This document shows, piece after piece, positions 45,715 through 54,432 of a stretch of 54,845 nt of DNA. The notes under the pieces were generated by a model. That model was not told the origin of the DNA and searched no databases. It saw only the letters and a list, made by a program, of their open reading frames with translations. The stretch is from a virus (lineage: Duplodnaviria; Caudoviricetes), in the IMG/VR virus record IMGVR_UViG_3300048848_000077, positions 1-54,845 of that record. One strand, given 5' to 3'. The position numbers were made by a program, and so were the translations under genes. Within the stretch, counting starts at the first letter, position 1, and each line of letters starts with the position of its first letter.

Positions 45715-46955
45715 GCCTACTTATCAGCACCGCTGTGGCGCGCCGGCGCATCCGTCGCGGTCTTGGCCTACTGGGCGATAGTTTTAGCGCGAACTGCCAC
45801 ACCGTCGCTGCGACAGCGTTCGGTACCGAAGCATACGGCTACGCCGGTGCGATCGCGGCCAAGACAGGTCTGTTCCCGAGCTACCTGGATAATCAGGGGA
45901 AGGTCGGCGATCACTCCGGGCAGTTCATGCCGCGGCTGCCTTCGTGCCTAACCTCGCTGACTGCCGATCTGTGGCTGCTGCTGTCTCGCACCAACGACAG
46001 CACCACGGCTGGGATGACGCTTGCGGACAGCAAAGCAAACGTGATGAAGGCAATCACCGCATTCCAAAACACGCCCGGCAAGTACTTGATCGTCGGGACC
46101 GGCACTCCGCGGTTCGGCAGCAAGGCGCTGACCGGCCAGGCGTTGGCGGATGCGCTTGCCTACAAGGACTGGGTGCTGGGGTACGTCAAACAGTTCGTGC
46201 CGGTGGTGAACATCTGGGACGGCTTCACCGAAGACATGACAGTGGAAGGGTTGCACCCCAACATTCTCGGCGCTGACTTCATCCAGTCACGAGTCGTCCC
46301 CGTCATCAGTGCCAACTTCGAGTTCTTCGGCGTGCCGCTTCCCACTGACGCCGCCGATATTTACTCGGCCATTCGCCCATTCGGCTGCCTGAATGCCAAC
46401 CCGCTGATGACTGGCGCCGGGGGCGTCATCAATGCCTCGGCCAATCCCGTCGGAGGGTCAGTGCTGGCGGATGCCTACAAAGCGTCCGGATCAGGTCTCG
46501 GTGGCATTACCACACGTTGGTACAAGGAGCAGGCCGCATTCGGCGAGGCTCAGTGCATTGAACTGGCCGGCACCATGGCGGCCGCCGGCGGCTACATCTA
46601 CGTGCAGCCAGCAGCCAACATCACTCTTTCCAGCCTGGCGGCCGGCGACGTCATAGAAATGATTTCGGCGCCGGAGATCGTCGGCAACAGTCGGGGCATT
46701 CTCGGATGGGAAGCAGAGCTGATCATCACCAAGCCGGTGGCGGGAACGGCCACCACCATTTACTACCGGTCGATGGACAAATACCAGGAGCCGTTCACGC
46801 TGCCCGCCAACTGGAAGGGCGCACTGGAGACGCAACGGTATTCATGCGACATCACGGAAACGGTGGTCAGCGCAAGGATGGGGCTGTACCTGGCCGCAGG
46901 CATTGCTCAGGACTCGAGGGTGAAAGTCTCTCAGTTTGGGATTCGGAAGGTCTAA
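45711..46955 (+). CDS. SGNH/GDSL esterase-like protein
   Basis: LLGDSF (block I), SRTND (block III), EGLHPN (block V variant). Confidence 0.8.
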   Translation: MSLLISTAVARRRIRRGLGLLGDSFSANCHTVAATAFGTEAYGYAGAIAAKTGLFPSYLDNQGKVGDHSGQFMPRLPSCLTSLTADLWLLLSRTNDSTTAGMTLADSKANVMKAITAFQNTPGKYLIVGTGTPRFGSKALTGQALADALAYKDWVLGYVKQFVPVVNIWDGFTEDMTVEGLHPNILGADFIQSRVVPVISANFEFFGVPLPTDAADIYSAIRPFGCLNANPLMTGAGGVINASANPVGGSVLADAYKASGSGLGGITTRWYKEQAAFGEAQCIELAGTMAAAGGYIYVQPAANITLSSLAAGDVIEMISAPEIVGNSRGILGWEAELIITKPVAGTATTIYYRSMDKYQEPFTLPANWKGALETQRYSCDITETVVSARMGLYLAAGIAQDSRVKVSQFGIRKV

Positions 46956-47012
46956 GCCGCGCTCGGCAGCAAACTTGAGAGCGGCTCGGACGTTCGTTAG
47001 GGCGGCGTGCCC

Positions 47013-47162
47013 TCAATAGCATCCTGGCTGATTTGGTGGTGTGCCATTGCAGGGGATGGTTCCGGCTCTGTGTATGCCCCGATAATCGCCTTGGCTAAAG
47101 TGGTTACACCCGGACAGCACAGCAACAGCAATGACGAGTAAAGCTAGGATCCTAGGTTTCAT
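47013..47162 (-). CDS. Small lipoprotein (49 aa), not in the ORF track
   Basis: AAGGAG RBS; MKPRILALLVIAVAVLSG-CNHFSQGDYRGIHRAGTIPCNGTPPNQPGCY. Confidence 0.7.
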   Translation of the reverse strand: MKPRILALLVIAVAVLSGCNHFSQGDYRGIHRAGTIPCNGTPPNQPGCY

Positions 47163-47272
47163 CGTGTTCTCCTTGAAGTTTGATGCTCAGAATAGATGAA
47201 ACAGGCCCCAGCTGGCATAGGCTGGGTTGATTGGCTGTGCACAGCCTTGCCGTCTGGAATTGAAGCACCAGA

Positions 47273-47980
47273 TCAATCGTCAGGTTCTTCGACGGGCTCT
47301 ATCAAATGCGGCCCCTGATTCCTTACATTTCCGACGTCCTTGCTCACCTCGAACCAGGTGAATTGCTCAGTCGGCCTGCAGCATTCGTTCGCAATTTCAG
47401 CGGCCCGCTCCGGCGTGGTGTCAGGGTCGACCCATTCGCGGGCGTGCTCGGGGCTCAGCACCACTGGCCGCCGATCATGAATGTCGACCATTCCTTGATC
47501 GCTGTCCGCGGTGATGATCACGAAGCCGTCCTGCGGGTCCGGCTCAAGCTCCTGATGAACTTCCGCCAGTGCGGCGAAGAACATGGGACCTTCCTCCTTC
47601 AGCCTGATGAAGTAAGGCTGCTTCCGCTTGGGGTCTTCCGGGTCCTTCACCCATTCAAACCAGCCGTTAGCCGGTGCCAGTGCCCGGCCATTCGGCCAGA
47701 GCTGTTTGAAATACTTGCCCGTGAGCACCGTCTCGACCCTGGCATTGATCGGGGCTGGACGCTTCCCTTCACCTTTTGCCCAGAACGGCGACCATCCCCA
47801 ACGCACCTTGTCCACACTCAAGCCGCTCTCGGTCGCCTTGATGATTTCGACGCGAGTCGTCGGCGCGACGTTGTAGCGCTCAATTGGCCAAAGGTCGTAC
47901 CCGTTGATCACCAACTGCTCTGGCGCAAGCTCCTTGAGGTAGTGGTCCATCGGCTCGTAGATTGAGTAGCGTCCGCACAT
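47273..47980 (-). CDS. SRAP/YedK-family abasic-site protein
   Basis: N-terminal MCGRY; NARVET; GWFEW; IHDRRPV. Confidence 0.95.
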   Translation of the reverse strand: MCGRYSIYEPMDHYLKELAPEQLVINGYDLWPIERYNVAPTTRVEIIKATESGLSVDKVRWGWSPFWAKGEGKRPAPINARVETVLTGKYFKQLWPNGRALAPANGWFEWVKDPEDPKRKQPYFIRLKEEGPMFFAALAEVHQELEPDPQDGFVIITADSDQGMVDIHDRRPVVLSPEHAREWVDPDTTPERAAEIANECCRPTEQFTWFEVSKDVGNVRNQGPHLIEPVEEPDD

Positions 47981-48040
47981 AGGGTCACCTGTCGCAAATT
48001 GGCTTACACAGTGTTGACCGCAACCGCACCGCTTAGTTAA

Positions 48041-48056
48041 CTGTACGCATATACAG
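48041..48056. promoter_or_regulatory. LexA (SOS) box
   Basis: CTGTACGCATATACAG between the divergent SRAP and 48079 genes. Confidence 0.88.
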
Positions 48057-48078
48057 TATAAAAAAGTGAAGTATTCCC

Positions 48079-48375
48079 ATGTACGTCCTTATCACTCCAC
48101 GCCGCCAGATGGGCGTTGCCGTCCCGAAAGATCAGCTCAGCAAGATCCCTCCGCTTAGAGGCGACGTGCAGATCGTTGAATCTCAGTGCCCTGCGCTTGG
48201 TCGCATTACCCGGGAAGCCTTCATCTTGAACAGCGTCAGCCACGCCCGGGATGCTTTGCCGCGGCTGTTGGATGCAAGCGTGACGAGCATGGGTACCCAG
48301 GGACTTATTATCTCCGGCATCGAGCAGGTGGAGGAGGCGTTCTACTTCCAGTCGTGGTGGTGCCGCTTTGAATGA
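48079..48375 (+). CDS. Conserved-looking SOS-associated hypothetical protein
   Basis: PRRQMGV...LPRLLDA...SGIE...YFQSWWC; immediately after the LexA box. Confidence 0.7.
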   Translation: MYVLITPRRQMGVAVPKDQLSKIPPLRGDVQIVESQCPALGRITREAFILNSVSHARDALPRLLDASVTSMGTQGLIISGIEQVEEAFYFQSWWCRFE

Positions 48376-48718
48376 CGACTCGGTTACCGACCACCTCGAC
48401 ATTTCGCTCGATCAGTTCCTGAACATCCGCGCGCCTGGCACTTACCTGGTGAAAGTCGAAGGCGACAGTATGGAGGGGGCGGGCATCTTCTGTGGTGATC
48501 TGCTGATCGTCGACAAAGGGCTTAGCCCTAAAGCAGGTCAGGTCATCATCGGCGTCGTCAACCAGCAACCGTTGGTGAAGTACCTCGCGTTTGTGGGGCG
48601 TCAGACGCTGCTGCGCTCGGCTAACCGCAAATATCCCGACCGCTTCATCATGGAAGGGGATGACTTCGATATCTGGGGCGTCGTGACTCACAGCATTCGG
48701 GATCACTGGAGGAATTGA
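48368..48718 (+). CDS. umuD: UmuD/RulA-like S24 protein lacking the N-terminal arm
   Basis: SLDQFL...VEGDSMEGAGI..GDLLIVD...VKYL...IWGVV. Confidence 0.75.
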   Translation: MNDDSVTDHLDISLDQFLNIRAPGTYLVKVEGDSMEGAGIFCGDLLIVDKGLSPKAGQVIIGVVNQQPLVKYLAFVGRQTLLRSANRKYPDRFIMEGDDFDIWGVVTHSIRDHWRN

Positions 48719-48720
48719 AC

Positions 48721-48903
48721 ATGGACGTCAAAGAGCGCGAACCTGAACTACGGCACGATCTTGTCGCAATTGCGACGGAGCGTCAGTGTGCTATTGATCG
48801 GTGGGGCAGTCATGCCGAGGCTTTACACCGAGTCGGGCTCATTGATGGGGATGAGTTGCGAGAAATCCTCCAATCCGCGGACGCGGCGTACGGGAATACT
48901 TGA
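48721..48903 (+). CDS. Hypothetical protein, possibly truncated
   Basis: GGAGG RBS; 60 aa. Confidence 0.4.
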   Translation: MDVKEREPELRHDLVAIATERQCAIDRWGSHAEALHRVGLIDGDELREILQSADAAYGNT

Positions 48904-49094
48904 AGGTGTAGGAGAAGCTGGCCGGTTCAAGGCCCGGTGACCTGAGGGGGATTTTGGGCATTGGCAGAATGCCGCAGATCGGTGCGCAGCGGCCCGTGAA
49001 ACGCGACGCCAATAGCCGCCGTCGGCTGTGCATAACTTTTGCCTAGGCTTCAGCGCGCGTTTATTTGTACGTGCAATTGTACGTATGCCACAAA

Positions 49095-49128
49095 AACAAA
49101 GGGCCCGCATTTCTGCGAGCCCTTGTTT
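49095..49128 (-). terminator. Terminator hairpin downstream of the tRNA-Thr fragment
   Basis: Minus strand AAGGGCTCGCAGAAATGCGGGCCCTTTGTTT. Confidence 0.7.
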
Positions 49129-49132
49129 TGTA

Positions 49133-49181
49133 TGGTGCCGGCACCAGGAGTCGAACCCGGGACCTACTGATTACAAGTCAG
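49133..49181 (-). pseudogene. 3' fragment of tRNA-Thr(TGT), att-site remnant
   Basis: Minus strand CTGAC-TTGTAAT-CAG...GGTTCGACTCC...GCCGGCACCA; 5' half absent. Confidence 0.9.
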
Positions 49182-49185
49182 CTAG

Positions 49186-49467
49186 TCAGGCGTAGCTCGA
49201 CCAGTTTTCTTCAAGCCAAGTCACCACGTTTGCTTGCGACCTCGTGCTTGAAGGAAGGCCGGTATGAATCATCCGCTCTGCTTTCTGAGCACTGGCCAGA
49301 TTTAGGTTGTGTTTCTCCGCGAATTTGTTCAGCAAGTACAGCATTTCGTGTTTTTCATTTCTGTTGAACAGGCTGTGGTCTGGGTTTCCTGTCAGCTTAG
49401 GATCATCGCCCGCGGTCGTACCCGGATGATATGTATATGTAAGCCCGGCAGCGGTGATCACAGTCAT
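49186..49467 (-). CDS. Hypothetical protein (93 aa, MTVITAAGLTY...)
   Basis: AAGGA RBS; divergent from the AAA ATPase gene. Confidence 0.7.
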   Translation of the reverse strand: MTVITAAGLTYTYHPGTTAGDDPKLTGNPDHSLFNRNEKHEMLYLLNKFAEKHNLNLASAQKAERMIHTGLPSSTRSQANVVTWLEENWSSYA

Positions 49468-49623
49468 GATGATAATCCTTTGGGAGCGTGAACTGAGGAG
49501 CGTAGCTCGTCCTAGCGGCCTGTCAAAACGTAGGAGGGATTTCCGTTTCAAAATTGCCTTAATCTGTAGCGAAACAGGTCTATTGCGTTACACTACGGGG
49601 AAAATCTGAAACGAATTCGTAGA

Positions 49624-50808
49624 TTGGTAGCTCACTTGGAACATCTTTCCGAAATCCTAAAAATCCTTGATGGTGCTCTCAAGGCTAATGCCAGCATGGC
49701 CTCAAATTATGCGGGGTTGCTGGCTGAGAAGCTCGAACAGTCTGGTGATGGTAAGCAAGCTCGCATGATACGAGAGCGGCTTGCTCGAGCACCTGTCGCG
49801 CTGGCAAACGCCCAAGATGCCTCGAATGGCGTCAGTTTTGGTAACCTGCCCGTTGACGGTGAAACCCACCTCCATACTGTAGACATAAGCCACCCAGTCG
49901 AAGATGAAACCTCGCTTCTGCTCCCGAGCGCGATTGCCTCGCGGGTGAGCGAATTCATTGCCAATGTTCAACGCTATGACGAACTCTCACGAGTCAATGC
50001 GGCGATGCCGAGTAGGCTTTTAGCTTACGGAGCACCAGGCACAGGGAAGACCAAGCTGGCGCGCTATATAGCTGCCAAGCTGGGGCTCCCGCTGCTTACA
50101 GTGCGCTGCGATACGTTGATCAGCAGCTTGTTGGGCCAGACGAGTAGAAACCTAAGGAGGGTTTTTGAATTTGCTCAACAAAGGCCTTGCGTACTCCTTC
50201 TCGACGAATTTGATGCGCTGGCTAGCGCTAGAGGGAACGACCGAGATGTTGGGGAGCTTCAACGCGTCGTCATTGCGCTGCTGCAAAACATCGACGCAAT
50301 GATTGAAAGCACCGTCGTCGTGGCTGCGACCAACCATGACCGTTTACTGGATCCAGCAGTGTGGCGACGTTTTGGCTTCCGCGTTCCCATGCCTATTCCA
50401 GATGCTGCTTTACGCCGGCAGCTATGGGCCCAGTTTTTGTTGCCTTATGCGTCTGATGAAATTGACTTGCAACATCTCGCGGGCATCTCGGCCGGTATTA
50501 CTGGGGCAAACATTGAGCAGGTTTGTCTCGATACGAAGAGAGCTACTGTTCTAGCAGGCGCTGCAAAAATCAGTGAATTGGAGCTGGTGCGCCGGTTAGG
50601 TTTAAATCTTGCTATAACAAGTGGCATACTGCTATCAACCACCGAGGCAGAGGTTCACTGGCTGCGAGAGTGGTCCCCTAAGCATTTTTCCCTAAGGGCA
50701 CTCGCAAAGCTGTACGGGTTGTCGATAAGGTATATAGGTAAAGTCCTCAAGGAAGGTAGTGACCATGGTGAGCAAGAAAGGCCCAGAATCAGCCCAGGAT
50801 CGGCTTAG
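49624..50808 (+). CDS. ietA: AAA+ ATPase, IetA-like anti-phage/TA component
   Basis: GAPGTGKT, LLLDEFD, AATN, LDPAVWRRF; overlaps a downstream S8 protease. Confidence 0.85.
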   Translation: MVAHLEHLSEILKILDGALKANASMASNYAGLLAEKLEQSGDGKQARMIRERLARAPVALANAQDASNGVSFGNLPVDGETHLHTVDISHPVEDETSLLLPSAIASRVSEFIANVQRYDELSRVNAAMPSRLLAYGAPGTGKTKLARYIAAKLGLPLLTVRCDTLISSLLGQTSRNLRRVFEFAQQRPCVLLLDEFDALASARGNDRDVGELQRVVIALLQNIDAMIESTVVVAATNHDRLLDPAVWRRFGFRVPMPIPDAALRRQLWAQFLLPYASDEIDLQHLAGISAGITGANIEQVCLDTKRATVLAGAAKISELELVRRLGLNLAITSGILLSTTEAEVHWLREWSPKHFSLRALAKLYGLSIRYIGKVLKEGSDHGEQERPRISPGSA

Positions 50809-53041
50809 TCCACGGACTGATAACCCTTTCATACATGTCCCGTTCTCCCCGATAGACCTCAGTTCAGTTGAGCGTCCACCGGGGGGTGGCAAGAAGCTGT
50901 TGGTACCCGTTGACGATGACTATCGAAAGCTTCTATCGCGGAGTCTTCTTCAAGCCGTGGCTGCGTTGTCTGAAGAGCGAGAGAGGTACCCATCCCAGCT
51001 GTCCACTTTTGTGTTCCGCCTCAGGGAGAAAGGGATAGCGAAGTCCCATAGGCCTATCGAGCTTACCCAAGAGACAGGATTGCAACCTGCAGGGCACGCC
51101 AGAATTGATGAGATGTTAGTTTCTGCGGATGGGCGCGCCGTCGCTGCTCTTAACGGTGCGATTCTGACGCGCCGAACAAAGGTAATCACCGCAAATCTTA
51201 GTGCTATCGAAGGAATCGAGCCTTGGGGCCGAGCTCGTCGCAATCCTGAAGGTCCCGCTGAATTAAAGGAAAAGGGAAGAGGGCTGCTGAGGCTTTTCCA
51301 ATATCAACGGTCAGATTTTAATAGCGTTAATCTGGAGGCCATCCTTCAGCTATTGAAGTCGCTCGGCGTTGAGTATTCCGAAGTGCCTGTTGGTAGAGGT
51401 CTGCCGCTCATCGCAATACGGCAGATAGATCGACTCGACGACACGGCCCTTGAGAGCTTATTGGACTACCCGGGCGCACGCCAAATTTATGCCGAACCAA
51501 CTTTTTATAGCCGTAATTCCGTAAGTGTGCCGGTTACTGCCGCGTCGGGTAGTGCGGCCGCTGCCTCAAGCACCGTTTATCCTACAGTGGCAGTATTCGA
51601 TACCGGAGTGAGCAGAGACGCTCTAGCGATAAATGATTGGGTAAAAAGTAGAGACACCTACGTCCTGCCCCCAGACACCAATTTCGAGCACGGTACGGCA
51701 GTCGCCTCCCTTGTAGCAGGTGCTGCTCATTTCAACGATGGACACGCCTGGATACCTCCAACTCAAGCATATGTGCATGACGTATGTGCGCTAGAAGCTG
51801 CGGGATCTTCATTTGGGGATCTGGAACTGAGGCTGCGAGAGGCGGTTCAACGCCGACCGGATATCAAAGTCTGGAACCTATCGCTTGGTGGCGCAGCCTG
51901 CGACGAGCAGAGCTTCAGTGAAATGTCCATGGCACTTGATGATCTCAGCGACAAATACGGAGTTCTCTTCGTGGTAGCTGCTGGAAATTATCTTGATCAA
52001 CCGCGGAGGACTTGGCCAAACCCCGCGCAGCTCGCTGACCGCGTGTCTTGCCCCGGTGAATCTGTAAGAGCACTAACAGTGGGGTCGATCTCTCACATTG
52101 ACGCTGCCGGGGCGCTCTCTTCGGCCGGGCATCCTACGCCATATTCCCGGTGCGGCCCAGGCCCTGTTTTTACGCCTAAACCGGATATCTCCCACGTAGG
52201 AGGAGGCGTTCACGCTCCTTGGGCCGTAGGGGCGAGCAGTCTAAAAGTACTCACTCCGAAAAATAAGTTGGCTTATGGCTTTGGCACTAGCTACGCAGCA
52301 CCCATCGCTTCTGCAATGGCCGCCAACGCCTGGCTGGCGATAACCGGCCACGGAGCGTTGACACCTACACCTGCTTTAATTAAAGCCCTGATGATCCATT
52401 CTGCGCAGCTCACATCACCTGACTACAAGTCATTCGAGCGCCGCTATCATGGGGCAGGTAGACCAGAGGCGATTCTGAGATGCCTATATGACAGCGACGA
52501 CAGCTTCACAATGGTGTTCCAGGCGGATCTGGTTCCCGGAATGCGGTGGCGTAAAACCCCGTATCCTATTCCCAAATCCCTAATTCACGACGGAAAGTTC
52601 CGGGGTGAGATCATTATTACCGCCGCTTACGCACCGCCAGTTGATCCCGGTGCGGGTAGTGAATACGTTCGTGCAAATGTTGAACTTAGCTTTGGCGAGA
52701 TCGACGGCAACAACATCAAAGGCAAGGTTCCCATGGATGGAGAGGAGGGGCAAAGCGGCTACGAAGCGGCACAGGTGGAGCACGGTAGCAAATGGTCCCC
52801 CGTCAAAGTTCATCGTAAAAGCTTTCCCCAAGGAACAGCAGTGGGCACTTGGGGACTTCAAGCAACGGCAATGCTTCGAGCATTCGAGCCCGCATTGAGT
52901 CATGCGCTACCGGTGAGCATAATCGTCACATTACGTGCTCTTGATGGAAACCCCGATGTCAGAAGTGATGGGGTCCGGGCATTGACCCAGACCAACTGGG
53001 TTCATAGTGTTTTTCCCGTGCGTACGCCTATTCGCACCTGA
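50765..53041 (+). CDS. ietS: S8 subtilisin-like serine protease, IetS-like
   Basis: Triad VFDTG, HGTAVA, GTSYAAP; oxyanion AAGN; no signal peptide. Confidence 0.88.
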   Translation: MVSKKGPESAQDRLSPRTDNPFIHVPFSPIDLSSVERPPGGGKKLLVPVDDDYRKLLSRSLLQAVAALSEERERYPSQLSTFVFRLREKGIAKSHRPIELTQETGLQPAGHARIDEMLVSADGRAVAALNGAILTRRTKVITANLSAIEGIEPWGRARRNPEGPAELKEKGRGLLRLFQYQRSDFNSVNLEAILQLLKSLGVEYSEVPVGRGLPLIAIRQIDRLDDTALESLLDYPGARQIYAEPTFYSRNSVSVPVTAASGSAAAASSTVYPTVAVFDTGVSRDALAINDWVKSRDTYVLPPDTNFEHGTAVASLVAGAAHFNDGHAWIPPTQAYVHDVCALEAAGSSFGDLELRLREAVQRRPDIKVWNLSLGGAACDEQSFSEMSMALDDLSDKYGVLFVVAAGNYLDQPRRTWPNPAQLADRVSCPGESVRALTVGSISHIDAAGALSSAGHPTPYSRCGPGPVFTPKPDISHVGGGVHAPWAVGASSLKVLTPKNKLAYGFGTSYAAPIASAMAANAWLAITGHGALTPTPALIKALMIHSAQLTSPDYKSFERRYHGAGRPEAILRCLYDSDDSFTMVFQADLVPGMRWRKTPYPIPKSLIHDGKFRGEIIITAAYAPPVDPGAGSEYVRANVELSFGEIDGNNIKGKVPMDGEEGQSGYEAAQVEHGSKWSPVKVHRKSFPQGTAVGTWGLQATAMLRAFEPALSHALPVSIIVTLRALDGNPDVRSDGVRALTQTNWVHSVFPVRTPIRT

Positions 53042-53342
53042 AATGGCAGTGACGCCCCGACCGCTTTTGTCTAGGGGCGCGTATGCGAAAGCGTTTGTAA
53101 TATCAGTCCGCCGCGAATAGCTAACATGATCAGTTCAAGTCCGCTGTCCATCCTCAAGTAGTGTGTCCAACACCAAGCGTGCCGGGATTGGCGAACCCGG
53201 AGGTGGACGATCCGGTGTGTTCCTGCGATGCATAGAGGCAATCGGAATCGCCCGAAGGCGTGGGAGATTTTCGGGGATTAGCTGTGTTCGGTGCGGATCA
53301 GTACGGCATCGTTTTCAGCGAGCGTCTGTAAAGGTCTAATAG

Positions 53343-53355
53343 AATCAACAGTTTA
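53343..53355 (+). promoter_or_regulatory. IHF site next to the att core
   Basis: AATCAA-CAGT-TTA = WATCAANNNNTTR. Confidence 0.7.
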
Positions 53356-53367
53356 GATATATCGTCA

Positions 53368-53389
53368 AGCATGGGGTGCTAGGGGTCGA
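53368..53389 (+). repeat. att core, right copy (attR)
   Basis: 22/22 match to tRNA-Pro 32-53. Confidence 0.85.
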
Positions 53390-53905
53390 CCGTTGGCCTA
53401 GGTCCTTCGCAAGTCCTTGGCTCGCCGTGGCCAGCAACTGCGACTGAGTGAACATTCAGGAGCGATGTGCCGCTTCTGAGTGGACCAAATCAGGTCCGAA
53501 ACTCAACTGGCCCCCCGCGTGGAATGTGGTCTGTAGCCCAGTAGTTTTTAAAAAGTATGGGAACGGCAATCGCCTCCAAAGGGGCGGCCCGCTGGTTTTT
53601 CGATACCGGTCTTGAAATCCGGTGTTGGATCGACGGCAATGTGGGTGATGAAGGTCAGCATATCGCCGGACGGTGCAGCCAAGTCTGCGCCCGATAAGGG
53701 AGAAATACTCCCCCAAAACGCAACTGCCTGGACCAGTGTTTATTGGGTTTAGAAGAGTCGAGAAGAAAGGTGTTTTTGCGAGGTGTTTTGATGGTTAACG
53801 CATTGATTTTAAAGTGATTAACGCATTCTTATGCCGAGTGCCATGCCTTAGTACCCGCGCGTCTGATTTCAATCTACTGGGTGTTGAAGCGACAGCATGG
53901 AGAAG

Positions 53906-54118
53906 TCATCTGCGGCTGGCTTTACCAATCAATTTGATCAGCGCTGTTTTTTTCGTCTCTGATGTTTCATACCGAGCAAGCTCTATAAGGTAGTCTTGTG
54001 CCGGCTCTCCGCCGGCCTCCGCTATCGCGGCATATATGTCACTGCGCTGACTGTCCGAGGTAGAGCGTTCGGCACACTCTATCAAGAAGTCAACGCCTAT
54101 GTTGCCTTTAACAGTCAT
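53906..54118 (-). CDS. Small HEAT-repeat-like protein (70 aa)
   Basis: Two helical hairpins GVDFLIECA... / AQDYLIELA...; GAAGGA RBS. Confidence 0.6.
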   Translation of the reverse strand: MTVKGNIGVDFLIECAERSTSDSQRSDIYAAIAEAGGEPAQDYLIELARYETSETKKTALIKLIGKASRR

Positions 54119-54192
54119 GGTGATTCCTTCATCGCAGGCTGCTTTTGAGCACAAGCACGGCCCGGTATATTGAGACGCAGTAAGGTAAGAGC

Positions 54193-54432
54193 TCAGTCAT
54201 CCAGCAGTCGGCCATCGTGGTCAACGCTAGGTTTCCATGCGTCGGCCGCGTCGTTCACGGCGATCACCAACCCATAAAATTGCTCTTCATCGATAATGTC
54301 GAGTTGATGTAGCTGCTCGATGTAGTTAAGGGTTAGTACCGCGTAGTGCTCTGCATATGCACAACTTGGCGCTGTGCGGATACAGCTGATCAGCGGCTCG
54401 ACGCGTTCCGCATAACGTTCGGTCATGGGCAT
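54193..54432 (-). CDS. Hypothetical protein
   Basis: 79-aa helical ORF with AGGA RBS. Confidence 0.55.
   Translation of the reverse strand: MPMTERYAERVEPLISCIRTAPSCAYAEHYAVLTLNYIEQLHQLDIIDEEQFYGLVIAVNDAADAWKPSVDHDGRLLDD

Larger units (their letters stand above)
32..53389. mobile_element. Lambdoid/HK97-like prophage integrated in tRNA-Pro
   Basis: int/xis next to the tRNA; full immunity, replication, lysis, head and tail modules; 22-bp direct repeat AGCATGGGGTGCTAGGGGTCGA at 32-53 and 53368-53389. Confidence 0.93.

Noticed and set aside
49133-49181. Functional phage-encoded tRNA-Thr
   Set aside because: D-arm and 5' acceptor strand are missing; treated as an att remnant
48721-54432. Possible paralogy between the 48721 and 54193 small proteins (LH..(G/D).ID..E)
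   Set aside because: Similarity too short to support by eye
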